A DNA stretch of 64,000 nucleotides from Planctomycetota bacterium (GTDB lineage Bacteria; Planctomycetota; UBA8108; SXIK01): contig CBDCXR010000004.1 in NCBI GenBank assembly GCA_965223845.1, forward strand, positions 1,440,001-1,504,000. Reading direction: 5' to 3'. This document shows positions 19,754 through 29,053 of this stretch, in pieces. Both the position numbers and the translations under genes were made by a program. The notes beneath the pieces were generated by a model, which did not search any database, had not been told where the DNA came from, and saw only the letters and a list, made by a program, of their open reading frames with translations. The number at the start of each line of letters is the position of its first letter. Position 1 is the stretch's first letter.

Positions 19754-20030
19754 TCCGGGTCGTCGCGCGACTAGCTGGCGGGGGTGGACTCTGGTCGTCG
19801 ACCGTCGGCGCCGGGGACGCCGACGTTACGCGCGGGCGTTCATCTTGAACGTCTCACCTCTAGCCGCGGTACTCCCCCCGCGTCGGATCGGCGTTCGAGA
19901 CCGGCTCCCAAGCGGCTCTGCGAACGGTTGTCGCTCGTCATTCTCGTCCCGACGCGGGCGCGCCGGTCGTGTCGAGCTCTGCGCGAGGAGAGGACTTACG
20001 ACTCGAGGCGGCAACGGGAGCGCTTCGCTC

Positions 20031-20036
20031 TATAAT
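20031..20036 (+). promoter_or_regulatory. Putative -10 box upstream of the TPR-ExbB-ExbD operon
   Basis: Perfect TATAAT in GC-rich intergenic DNA; no convincing -35. Confidence 0.35.
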
Positions 20037-20147
20037 GATCCAGCGCGCGAGCGGCAAAGGGTGACATCGCCGGGACCGGTGGGTTCCGCCGATGGGGAGT
20101 GCTAGAGCTCGTCCCTTCTCGGGTTCGAGCCAGAGAAGGAGAGGGTC

Positions 20148-23100
20148 ATGGCATCACGCTGCATGCGGAGCCGATGTCGTGCGCGCGGAGTCCGTGTGCG
20201 CACGTCTCGGGTGCGACGATCGATCCCCGTACGGGGGAGACGGGGGCCATCCCGCGGGGAAGTCGCGAAGCTTGTTTTCGCGGGTCTTGTCGCCGGTTGC
20301 TTCGTGCTCGCTCCCGAGCGCGAAGTGCGTGCGCAGGACCGCGAGGCGACGCTTCGCTTCAACACCGCCGGCCGGCTCTACCGGCAGGAGAACTGGGCGG
20401 AAGCGCGGGTCGCGTTCGACGAGTTTCTCACCAAGTTCGGCCGTCACGAGAAGGCCGGAGAAGCGCGATTCGCTCGCGGCTACTGTCATCTCCGCCTCGA
20501 GCGGTACGCCGACGCCGTGCGCGACTTCGATTCGGCGGTGCGGGCACCGAACGCGTCGGGGTCGGCTTGGTTCGCGGACGCGTACTTCTACGCGGGGGAG
20601 GCCCGGGACGCGCTCGCTGCGAGCGGAGACGCCGATTCGGCCCGGCGCGCAGCGTTGCTGCGGGCGGCGGCGAAGAGCTATGGCGAGGCCGCCGCCGTTT
20701 GGGATCGGGTGAATTCGTCCGACTCGCGCGAGCGAGCTCGGGTGACGAGCCGGCGCGCGAGCGCGCTCGCCGCGCAGGGGGAGGCGCTCTATCACGCCGG
20801 CGACATCGCGCGGGCCCGGGAGACTCTGAAACCGTTTCTCGACGACGTCCGTGCGGGCGGTCGCCCCGCGCGATCGGCGGTTGGAGACGCGCAGGGGCGC
20901 GCTCTCTACTTCTTGGCCCTCGCCGAGTACTCGGGCGCGCGCGGGACGGAGCGGCCGAATTACACCGTCGCTCTTGCGGCGCTGAGTGTGCTGACCGAGG
21001 CCGGTCGCGAGCGGACGCCACTTTGGGAGGAGGCGGCCTTTCTCGCGGCGCAGATTCACGCGCTTGCGGGCGATCGTGACCGCGCACTCGCACTCTACGG
21101 CCGTGTTGTCGAGCGCAGGGGGCCGCGAGCCGAAGAGGCTGGCTATCGCCTCGCTCTCACTCGCTACGACTCGGGCACGCGAACGGATCTCCAGGCGGCG
21201 GCGAAGAGACTCTCCGAGTTTCGGCAGCGCTCGCCGGACCATCCGCTCGCGATCGAGGCACTCCACTTCGAAGGCTTGGCGCTGTTTCGTCTTCAGCGGT
21301 TCGAGGAAGCGGCCGAGCGTCTTTCCGATCTCGTCTCCGACGGGGCGACTCCGAAGGCGATCCGCGCGTCGGCGGGCTTGACACTCGGGCAGGCGCTTCT
21401 CCTCGCGCGGAAGGCGGATCCCGCGCGGGCGGAAAAAGTGCTCGATCGAGCGGCTCGGGACGCTCCGCCCGGCTCGAAAGAGCACGCTCAGATTTCCTTC
21501 TGGCGCGGGGAAGCACTGCTCGCCGTGAACGACGTCGATTCGGCGCGAGCCGCAGCGAGGGTGCTCGGTGCCGTCGCTGCTTCGGCTCGAACGGTCTCGC
21601 CCCGCATCGCCGAGGAGGCCTTGTTCAAGCAGGCGGAAGCGGCGTACCGCGCGGGCGAACACGCCGAGTGCGCGGCGCTAGGAGAGCGCTACCGGCGTGC
21701 GTATCCGCGCGCTCGCGCGCGGTTCTACGTCGAGTCGCTGAAGCTGTCTGGCCAGAACGCACTCTACGCGCCAGAGGATGCACTCGCCGATTCTGTCCGC
21801 GCCGTCGCCGCCGAGCATTACGAGGAGGCCGCGGCGCTCATCGACGATCCGGCCCAGGCGGCCGAGCTCCGGTATTTCGCGGGCATAGCACACTACCGCG
21901 CCGGAAAGTTCACTCAGGCGGCCGAGACGTTGGCCGGCGTCGATCGCGCGCGCGCGGATCTCGAACGAGAACCGGCAGCGTTCGCTGAGCTCGGCTTCTA
22001 CCTCGCGGATTCGCTCGCTCAAATCCCGCGCCGGTCGCCGCCGAGTCCGGAGGACGTCGCGCGTGCGGAAACCGCCGCGAAGCGATTCGAGGATTACCTT
22101 CGCGTGCCGAATCGGCAGCATGCCGAAACCGCACGGGTGCAGCAGGGCCTCCTCTACGAAGAGCTCGGGCAGATCGATCGGGCGCGCGATGCGTATCGGC
22201 GATTTCTCGCCGACCACCCGCGCAGCGAACGGGCGGCGACGATCCGCTTCGCTCTCGCCGACGCGCACCTAGCGCTCGAGGAGTTCGAGCGCGCTGCGGA
22301 AGCCTACCGCGTCGCCGCCGAGAGCGGCGGCGAGCCGGCGCTGCGCGCCCGCGCGTATCTCCAAGCCGCGACTCTCGAGCGGCGTCTTTCGCGCGGAACC
22401 GAGGCGCTCGCGCTGATCGAGCGGGCGTCGGCGCTCGCGCGCGACCTCGGACGAGTCGCGGGGGACGGACTGCGCGCTCGGATCGCGTTCGACCGAGCAT
22501 CGACGCTGCTCGACCTCGGACGCGACGCCGACGCAAAGACCGCCTACGCGCGCTACTTGAAAGAGTACGCCGGCGGCGAGCACGAATCCGAGTGCCGCGT
22601 GCAGCTCGGCTATCTCCACGTCGAGGCCGGCGACGGAGACGAGGCGATGCGCGTTGTCGAGCCGCTCGTGCGCGGACCTAAATCGGATGAACGCCGCCCC
22701 GACGCTCTCTATGTTCGTGCCTGGGCACTGAGTGACGCTGCGGCGGCGAGCGGCGACCCAAAGGTCGCGACCGCACTCGATCGACGCCGGGAGGCGGACT
22801 ATCAAACGATTCTTCGCGATCATCCCAGAGCGAAGATCGCGAGCGAGGCGCGGCTCGAGCTGGCTCAGCTCTTCTTCAACCGCGGCGAGTGGGACGTCGC
22901 GAAGCGCGAGTTTGGCCGCGTTGTCGAAGCGTTCGAGTCGGAGGACGCGACGCCGCGCCCCGATCTCCACCTTCAGGGCCAGCTCGGCCTCGCGTTCGTT
23001 CACTTTCAGACCGAGGACTATTCTTCGGCGCGTTCGCTGTTCGATCGCGTCGCCGGAGCGGCCGAAGACGACGCGGAGCTGCTCGTCCGCGCGACGTTCT

Positions 23101-23690
23101 ACGCGGGCCGCTCGTGGATGCTCAGCCGCGGGGTCCGGCAGGCGCGGCGCCGCTTCGAGCGTGTCGTCGGGGAGCTCAAGGAGAGCGCCGGCGAGCTCCT
23201 CGAGGAAGCGCTCCTCCGGCTCGGCGAGTGCTGTCACCGCGTCGAGGACTACACGGCGGCGGCCAAAACGTACCGGCGGCAGCTCGACGAGATCCCGGAC
23301 GGCCGGCGACGCCACGAAGCGCGCTTCGGGCTCGGACTCGCGTACCAGTTCCTCGATCGCCCGGATGATGCCGTCGAGCTCTTCACGGAAGTCACCCGCG
23401 CGACCACCGCGCCGATCGCCGCGCGGGCGCAGTATCACATCGGTGAGTGCTACATGGACGGCGAGAAGCACCGCGAAGCTGCGCGGGCGTTTCTGGCGGT
23501 AGTAGCGAGTTTCGACTTCGAAGGCGACTACCGTCCGTGGCTCCGCCGCGCACTTCTCGCCGCCGGAATCGCCTACGCCGCGGCGGGTGACTCCGCCGCG
23601 GCGGAAACACAGTGGAAGGAACTCGTCGCGCGCTTCCCGGGCTCGGACGAAGCAGCGGCGGCTAAGACAAGACTGGAGGAGGTGAAGTGA
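20148..23690 (+). CDS. Large exported tetratricopeptide-repeat protein with CpoB/YbgF-like repeats
   Basis: Hydrophobic signal (LVFAGLVAGCFVLA); many TPR-like units (ARFARGYC, AYRRFLADHPRSERA, WKELVARFPGSDEA); start uncertain. Confidence 0.85.
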   Translation: MASRCMRSRCRARGVRVRTSRVRRSIPVRGRRGPSRGEVAKLVFAGLVAGCFVLAPEREVRAQDREATLRFNTAGRLYRQENWAEARVAFDEFLTKFGRHEKAGEARFARGYCHLRLERYADAVRDFDSAVRAPNASGSAWFADAYFYAGEARDALAASGDADSARRAALLRAAAKSYGEAAAVWDRVNSSDSRERARVTSRRASALAAQGEALYHAGDIARARETLKPFLDDVRAGGRPARSAVGDAQGRALYFLALAEYSGARGTERPNYTVALAALSVLTEAGRERTPLWEEAAFLAAQIHALAGDRDRALALYGRVVERRGPRAEEAGYRLALTRYDSGTRTDLQAAAKRLSEFRQRSPDHPLAIEALHFEGLALFRLQRFEEAAERLSDLVSDGATPKAIRASAGLTLGQALLLARKADPARAEKVLDRAARDAPPGSKEHAQISFWRGEALLAVNDVDSARAAARVLGAVAASARTVSPRIAEEALFKQAEAAYRAGEHAECAALGERYRRAYPRARARFYVESLKLSGQNALYAPEDALADSVRAVAAEHYEEAAALIDDPAQAAELRYFAGIAHYRAGKFTQAAETLAGVDRARADLEREPAAFAELGFYLADSLAQIPRRSPPSPEDVARAETAAKRFEDYLRVPNRQHAETARVQQGLLYEELGQIDRARDAYRRFLADHPRSERAATIRFALADAHLALEEFERAAEAYRVAAESGGEPALRARAYLQAATLERRLSRGTEALALIERASALARDLGRVAGDGLRARIAFDRASTLLDLGRDADAKTAYARYLKEYAGGEHESECRVQLGYLHVEAGDGDEAMRVVEPLVRGPKSDERRPDALYVRAWALSDAAAASGDPKVATALDRRREADYQTILRDHPRAKIASEARLELAQLFFNRGEWDVAKREFGRVVEAFESEDATPRPDLHLQGQLGLAFVHFQTEDYSSARSLFDRVAGAAEDDAELLVRATFYAGRSWMLSRGVRQARRRFERVVGELKESAGELLEEALLRLGECCHRVEDYTAAAKTYRRQLDEIPDGRRRHEARFGLGLAYQFLDRPDDAVELFTEVTRATTAPIAARAQYHIGECYMDGEKHREAARAFLAVVASFDFEGDYRPWLRRALLAAGIAYAAAGDSAAAETQWKELVARFPGSDEAAAAKTRLEEVK

Positions 23691-24523
23691 TGATTCGATC
23701 CCAGAAGCAGTCGAAGCGAATGTCGAGCGGTGCGCGAACGGCCATCGTCGCCACCTCACTCGTTCTCGTCGCGGCGCTCGGGCTGCAGGTCCGCGCCCAA
23801 GTCGAGACTGAATCGGCACCGGCCGAGAGCGCCGCTTCTGCCACTCGAGTTCCTCCGCCTCCGCCAGCGGGAACAATCCTCCCGACCGAGGAACACCCCG
23901 AGTCGTATCTCGAATTCGCACTCGCGGGCGGCTACCTGATGATTCCGATCGCGCTCCTCAGCGTCGTATGGCTGACGTTTCTGATCGAGCGGCTCACGGC
24001 GCTCCGCCGCGCGCGGGTGTTTCCGCGGGCGCTCGCGTCCGATCTCTCGATGCTCCAGCCGGGCAAGACGGACGGAGACGCGGTCGAGCGCATCCTCACC
24101 GAGCGGGATTCGAGTTGCGCGCGGATCGTTCGGACGGCAGCGAAGCACCTCGGTTCCGATCGCGAGAACATCGAGTTCTACGTCAACGATGCCGCGCAGC
24201 GCGAGGTCCACAAGCTGCGCCGATTCATCGGCGTCTTCGCCGTGATCGCCTCGGTGGCGCCGCTACTCGGACTCCTCGGGACGGTGACGGGAATGATTCA
24301 GGCGTTCCGCGAGGTGGCGCTCGAAGGACTCGGCTCCGGTCAAGCGCTCGCGCCGGGAATCTACCAGGCACTCGTCACGACCGCCGCGGGACTCATCGTC
24401 GCGATTCCTGCGCTCGTGACCTACCACTGGCTTCACTCGCGCATCGATAACTACCTTCATTCGATCAACGCGCTCGTCGTCGATTTCGTCGAAGCCCGCG
24501 GGCTCAGAGGAGCGGCGTCATGA
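23687..24523 (+). CDS. MotA/TolQ/ExbB proton channel protein
   Basis: GGYLMIPI, APLLGLLGTVTGMIQAF, GIYQALVTTAAGLIVAIP; start overlaps the TPR stop. Confidence 0.95.
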   Translation: MMIRSQKQSKRMSSGARTAIVATSLVLVAALGLQVRAQVETESAPAESAASATRVPPPPPAGTILPTEEHPESYLEFALAGGYLMIPIALLSVVWLTFLIERLTALRRARVFPRALASDLSMLQPGKTDGDAVERILTERDSSCARIVRTAAKHLGSDRENIEFYVNDAAQREVHKLRRFIGVFAVIASVAPLLGLLGTVTGMIQAFREVALEGLGSGQALAPGIYQALVTTAAGLIVAIPALVTYHWLHSRIDNYLHSINALVVDFVEARGLRGAAS

Positions 24524-24942
24524 TTCACATCGAATCGCAGCGCGAGCGACTTCAGCTCAATATGGCGCCGATGGTCGACATGATTTTCCTCCTCGTGATC
24601 TTCTTCCTCACGACGACGTCCTTCACGGACAAGGAGCGTGAGCAGGACGTCTTGCTGCCGGCGAATCGAACGCCGGGGAGTCTCAGCCGGAACGCCGACA
24701 ATCACCTCATCGTCAACGTCCTCGCTGAAGGCGGCGTACGAGTCTACGGCGACGACGTCGACCGAACCGAGCTCGCGGCGATCATTCGCGAGCGACGCGA
24801 GCGTGCGCGGCGCCCGCTGAAGGTGCAGGTGCGCGCTGATCGCCGCGCGGCTTACGGTCACGTCGCTCTCGCGCTCGAGTCGATCGAGCGGGGCGGTGTC
24901 GCCCGGCCGTACATCGTGACGAAGCTCGTCGAGCTCGAATGA
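24520..24942 (+). CDS. ExbD/TolR biopolymer transport protein
   Basis: LNMAPMVDMIFLLVIFF with the conserved Asp, and VRADRRAAYGHV; ATGA overlap with the ExbB gene. Confidence 0.95.
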   Translation: MIHIESQRERLQLNMAPMVDMIFLLVIFFLTTTSFTDKEREQDVLLPANRTPGSLSRNADNHLIVNVLAEGGVRVYGDDVDRTELAAIIRERRERARRPLKVQVRADRRAAYGHVALALESIERGGVARPYIVTKLVELE

Positions 24943-25035
24943 GCGGCGAGCGCGGCCGCGTGGAGCGCCGCGGTCGCCGTAGTGCACTCCGTCGGGCGAA
25001 CGGGAAGACGTCGAGCGAGAAGACGAGGGACGAAC

Positions 25036-28000
25036 ATGGGCTCAGATCGAAAAAGTACGCAGCGAAGCAGGAACGGGTCGCGAATTCGGTGGGGGTGGCT
25101 CGGCATCGCCGCGATCGCCGTCGCGGTGGCGCTCCCGTTTATCGTCCACCGAACGATGTCGTACTACACCGATGGTGACCGACTGCGGGAGGACGCGGAC
25201 CTCGCCGAAGATGCACTGCGATCGATCCTCTGGGAACCGTCGCGTCCCCTCGAGCCGCTCCTCAGCTCACCCCAATCCGACGAGTACGAACCGCGGGTGA
25301 GTCCATTCGGCGACGAGTTGATCTTCACTCGCCGGCGTCCGGGCCAGAACGCCGATCTTTGGTCGAGCGTGCGGCGACGCGGACGCTGGATGGAGCCGCG
25401 TCCAGTCGACGGCGTGAACACCGATGCGGACGAGCTCGGCGCCGCGTTTAGCGCCGACGGCGAACGCCTCTACTTCTACTCGAACCGCGAGGGTGGACTC
25501 GGCGGCTACGACATCTGGTCCAGCCGGCGAGAAGATGACGGAAGCTGGGGGCCTGCGACCAATCTCGGTCCCGCGGTCAACTCACCGTGGAACGAGATGA
25601 GCCCGGCTCCCGATGATCGCCGCCGGCGTCTCTTCTTTACGAGCGACCGCCGTGCGGGCGCCGAAACCTCGCCGCCGTGGACCGCGACGATTCGCGCGCG
25701 CCTGAACGCCGCGGAATACGACATCTACGTCGCCAGGCGTCCGAACGAGTCGACAGCGGACGGCGGAGGTGGAAACTCCGCCGATGAAACGGATGCGAGC
25801 GAACTCGCGTTCGCGCCGGCCGAGCCGTTCTCCGCGCTCAACCGTCCCGGCTCCGCCGAAGGCGCCGTCGCCGTGTCGCCGCTCGACGATTTTCTCTACT
25901 TCTCGAGCAATCGACACGGCGGAGAGGGCGGATTCGACCTCTACCGCGTGCGGATCAACCGCGAAGAGCCCGGTCCGATCGAGTCTCTGGGGCCGCAGGT
26001 GAACACGACGTCGGACGAGATCGATCCCGCGCTCGCCACCGGCGGCTACGAGCTCTACTTCGCGCGGGCCGTCGACGGTCAGGAGGATCTCTTCGTCTCG
26101 CTCTCCCGCGAGGTCTACATGGACCGAGAGAGCGGAGATCCGTACTGGAGCATCGGTGCGGTGCTGCGATTCCTCTCTGAGCTCTTGCGTCTAATTCCTT
26201 TCGATGTTCTCGCGTTTCTCGTTTGTCTCCTCCTCGCCGCGCTACTCTACGCGCTCGTTCGAAAGCTCCTCCGGCGACCGAGTCTTCTTCTGCGTGCGCT
26301 CTTGGTTGCGGTCCTTCTGCACCTGTGCACGGCGCTTTGGATGCACCGACACGATGTCGAGCGCATGCTCTTCGACGGTGTCGCCGATGAGGAAGAGTTC
26401 GACGCGTTCGAGGTCACGGTCGAGGGGCTGCCCGAAGAGTCGGTCGGAGTCGCGATCCGCGAAGCGACGGCGAGTCCTCTCGAATCGGAGGAGCACGTCG
26501 CGCTCGCACTCTCTCGCGAACGTCCGGAGGAAGCGGACCGTGAAGCGGCCGAAGGAAGCACTCCGGAACCGCTCGCTCCGGAGTTCACCGCAGGCGAAGT
26601 GCGAGATCTTCCCCCGCCCGAATTCGCGGCGACTGCGCTCGCGGACGCCGAGCTTCCCGACGCGCCGCTTCGCGGTTCCGAACCTCGGAGTGACATCGCC
26701 GCCGCGGCCGAAGACGACGCGGCGCCCGAGATCGCGGCGCAATCGGTCACGCCAGAAGAGTCGGCGGCGCCGGCGTCTGTCACTCGACTCGAGTCGCCGA
26801 GCCGCCGGTCGGTACGGGATCGAACGTCGGGTGAGGGGGTGGGGGAAGAGTTCGCGCCCCTTGCGGTCGAAGTGAACATCGCCGCTCGTTCGGCCCCCGA
26901 AGGCGCGCCGCGCGCTACCGTTCCGCGTGCCTCGCCGTCCGTAGCTACCCGGGCGACCGCTCCGCCCGACGTGTCCACCGCAACCGCACCGCCTCGCCGA
27001 AGCCGAAGCGAAGCTCCGTCGCCGCCTTCCCCGATCGCGAGCGTCGCCCCCCGGCCGGGCCCCGCTCCGACAGCGAGCGCGCCGCGACTCGAGTCCCGTC
27101 GACGCGGCGTCCGGCGAGACGCGGAGGACGAGCGACCGCGGGCGCTCGATTCGCTGGCTCCCCGCCTCGAGCGCCGCGAGGACGCGCGACAGCGCTTGCC
27201 CCGGGCCGCGGACTTGCCGCGCGTCGCGCGAAGGCTCGACGAACGGTCGAGAGCGGAAGCCGCGTCGCAGGCTGCCTCCGCGCTCGAGCGCGCGCCTTCG
27301 AGGCGCGATCGCGTAGAGCTCGCGGTGCCCTCTTCGCCGAGCACGGTTCGCACGGAGCCCGCACCGACGCTCACCCGCGAAACCCTCGCTCGTACGGAAG
27401 AAGACACGCTTCCCAGCACCCCGAAGGGGAGTGAGGTCGCCGCTCGCGACGAGGGAGCGACCGTCGCCAGCGCGAGAGCGGCGGAGTCGAATCCGTCAAG
27501 TCAGGTGAAACTTCGGCGTGATCGTCGACGCCGGGCCTCGCGGGACCCGCACCGGGAACTGCGCAGCCTCGGTGTGCGCGCGCGAACGGCCACCGCCCCT
27601 CTCGATCGGTCGAAGCCGGCACCGGCGACGTCCCGCGAAGAGCTCGCGGCCAAGGTGGAGCTGCCGAAGCCGAGTGCGAGCGTCGCGACTCCGATCGTCA
27701 CTCGCATCCGACCCGCCGAACCGGAGCGAGAGCGTCCGCAGATCTACGAGCTGAGAGCGAAGGATCGGCGCGAAACGGCACTCGCTCGCGGGGGTGGGAG
27801 TGAACGGACCGAGCGCGCAGTGGAGGACGGGCTCGATTGGCTCGTTCGACACCAATCGCCCGATGGCCGGTGGCGACTCGATCGCTACACCGATCATCTG
27901 CCTTCGACGTCTCTCCGCGATCTTCAGCACCCCGGATGGAACGGCCGCGGGCGGACGTCGAGTCGCGGCGGGCGCGGAAAGGCTGCGAAGGGCGACGCCG

Positions 28001-28887
28001 CAGCGACCGGACTCGCTCTCCTCGCCTTTCTCGGTCACGGCGATTCGCACCTCGAAGTCGGGCCGCGTCGAGAGGCCGTCGCACGCGGACTAGCATGGCT
28101 GCTCCGCGTCCAGCGCCCGAACGGCGACCTCCGCGGCGGCGGCAACCTCTACGTCCACGGAATCGCCGCGTTCGCGCTCTGCGAGGCGTACGCATTCACG
28201 CGCGACCCGAATCTTCGCGATCCGGCGCAGCGAGCGATTGACTTTACGGTTGCGAGTCAGCATCCCGGGAAGGGAGGGTGGCGTTACGAGCCACACCCCC
28301 GGAGCGGAGAGGTCGACACGAGCGTCTTCGGTTGGATGCTGATGGCACTGAAGAGCGGACGGCTCGGTGGCCTCGACGTCGATGACGACTGCTTGCGCCG
28401 AGGGGCGGCGTATCTCGACAGTGTGCGCTTTGGGCGCGCGGGAGGACGCTATCGCTATCAACCGGGAAGGACGCGATCATCCCTCGCGATGACGGCTCAG
28501 GGGTATTTCTCGCATCTCATGCTCGCCGACACGCTGCTCGAGGGCGAGAGCCGATCGGCCGAAGCGATCCTTCGCGCCGAGAGGGAATCCGCCGAATTTC
28601 TCGTCCAGAACCTGCCGCGCGCAGAGGACATGGAAGGCGTCAACTTCTACTACTGGTACTACGCGACGCTCGCGATGTTCCAAACCGGCGGTGAACCGTG
28701 GCGCGTTTGGAACGAAAACCTGACGCGCGTACTCCTCGAGCACCAGGTTGGGGACGAGCACGGGTCGGCGCACGGGAGTTGGGATCCTCGCGGCTACCGC
28801 GCGGAGATCGGCGGGCGCGTGTACTCGACGGCGCTCAGTATTCTCTGTCTGGAGGTCTACTACCGGTACGCTCGACTCGAGCGCTGA
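25036..28887 (+). CDS. Multidomain membrane protein: TM, PD40 (TolB-like) propeller, 2 TM, low-complexity linker, prenyltransferase/squalene-cyclase-like barrel
   Basis: Five PD40-like repeats (e.g. AFSADGERLYFYSNREGGLGGYDIW); TM pair around RKLLRRP; Pro/Ala/Glu/Arg-rich linker; QW-like motifs LVRHQSPDGRW, LLRVQRPNG, SQHPGKGGW; NFYYWYYATLAMF; GGRVYSTA. Confidence 0.85.
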   Translation: MGSDRKSTQRSRNGSRIRWGWLGIAAIAVAVALPFIVHRTMSYYTDGDRLREDADLAEDALRSILWEPSRPLEPLLSSPQSDEYEPRVSPFGDELIFTRRRPGQNADLWSSVRRRGRWMEPRPVDGVNTDADELGAAFSADGERLYFYSNREGGLGGYDIWSSRREDDGSWGPATNLGPAVNSPWNEMSPAPDDRRRRLFFTSDRRAGAETSPPWTATIRARLNAAEYDIYVARRPNESTADGGGGNSADETDASELAFAPAEPFSALNRPGSAEGAVAVSPLDDFLYFSSNRHGGEGGFDLYRVRINREEPGPIESLGPQVNTTSDEIDPALATGGYELYFARAVDGQEDLFVSLSREVYMDRESGDPYWSIGAVLRFLSELLRLIPFDVLAFLVCLLLAALLYALVRKLLRRPSLLLRALLVAVLLHLCTALWMHRHDVERMLFDGVADEEEFDAFEVTVEGLPEESVGVAIREATASPLESEEHVALALSRERPEEADREAAEGSTPEPLAPEFTAGEVRDLPPPEFAATALADAELPDAPLRGSEPRSDIAAAAEDDAAPEIAAQSVTPEESAAPASVTRLESPSRRSVRDRTSGEGVGEEFAPLAVEVNIAARSAPEGAPRATVPRASPSVATRATAPPDVSTATAPPRRSRSEAPSPPSPIASVAPRPGPAPTASAPRLESRRRGVRRDAEDERPRALDSLAPRLERREDARQRLPRAADLPRVARRLDERSRAEAASQAASALERAPSRRDRVELAVPSSPSTVRTEPAPTLTRETLARTEEDTLPSTPKGSEVAARDEGATVASARAAESNPSSQVKLRRDRRRRASRDPHRELRSLGVRARTATAPLDRSKPAPATSREELAAKVELPKPSASVATPIVTRIRPAEPERERPQIYELRAKDRRETALARGGGSERTERAVEDGLDWLVRHQSPDGRWRLDRYTDHLPSTSLRDLQHPGWNGRGRTSSRGGRGKAAKGDAAATGLALLAFLGHGDSHLEVGPRREAVARGLAWLLRVQRPNGDLRGGGNLYVHGIAAFALCEAYAFTRDPNLRDPAQRAIDFTVASQHPGKGGWRYEPHPRSGEVDTSVFGWMLMALKSGRLGGLDVDDDCLRRGAAYLDSVRFGRAGGRYRYQPGRTRSSLAMTAQGYFSHLMLADTLLEGESRSAEAILRAERESAEFLVQNLPRAEDMEGVNFYYWYYATLAMFQTGGEPWRVWNENLTRVLLEHQVGDEHGSAHGSWDPRGYRAEIGGRVYSTALSILCLEVYYRYARLER

Positions 28888-29053
28888 CCGAGTCTCGTTT
28901 TTGGCCGCGCCCGAGTTCTCGACTCCGAACCCGGACCCGCGGCTCGACTCGAATCCGAACGCCGACGACCTCGGCAGAGCGAGTCGAAATCGCGACCGAG
29001 CGGATCGCGCCCTCTCGCGGCCGAGCCGGAATCGCCGGAAGGCCCGCGCTCGC

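Noticed and set aside
19690-20147. Small gene or ncRNA in the 450-bp gap after typA
   Set aside because: No ORF with credible motifs and no recognisable RNA family; only a stem-loop and a TATAAT box.
28375-28389. DVDDD as the squalene-hopene cyclase catalytic DxDD motif
   Set aside because: It appears to lie after the helix that follows EVDTS, not at the canonical position, and only one barrel is present. It was not called a true cyclase without a structural alignment.
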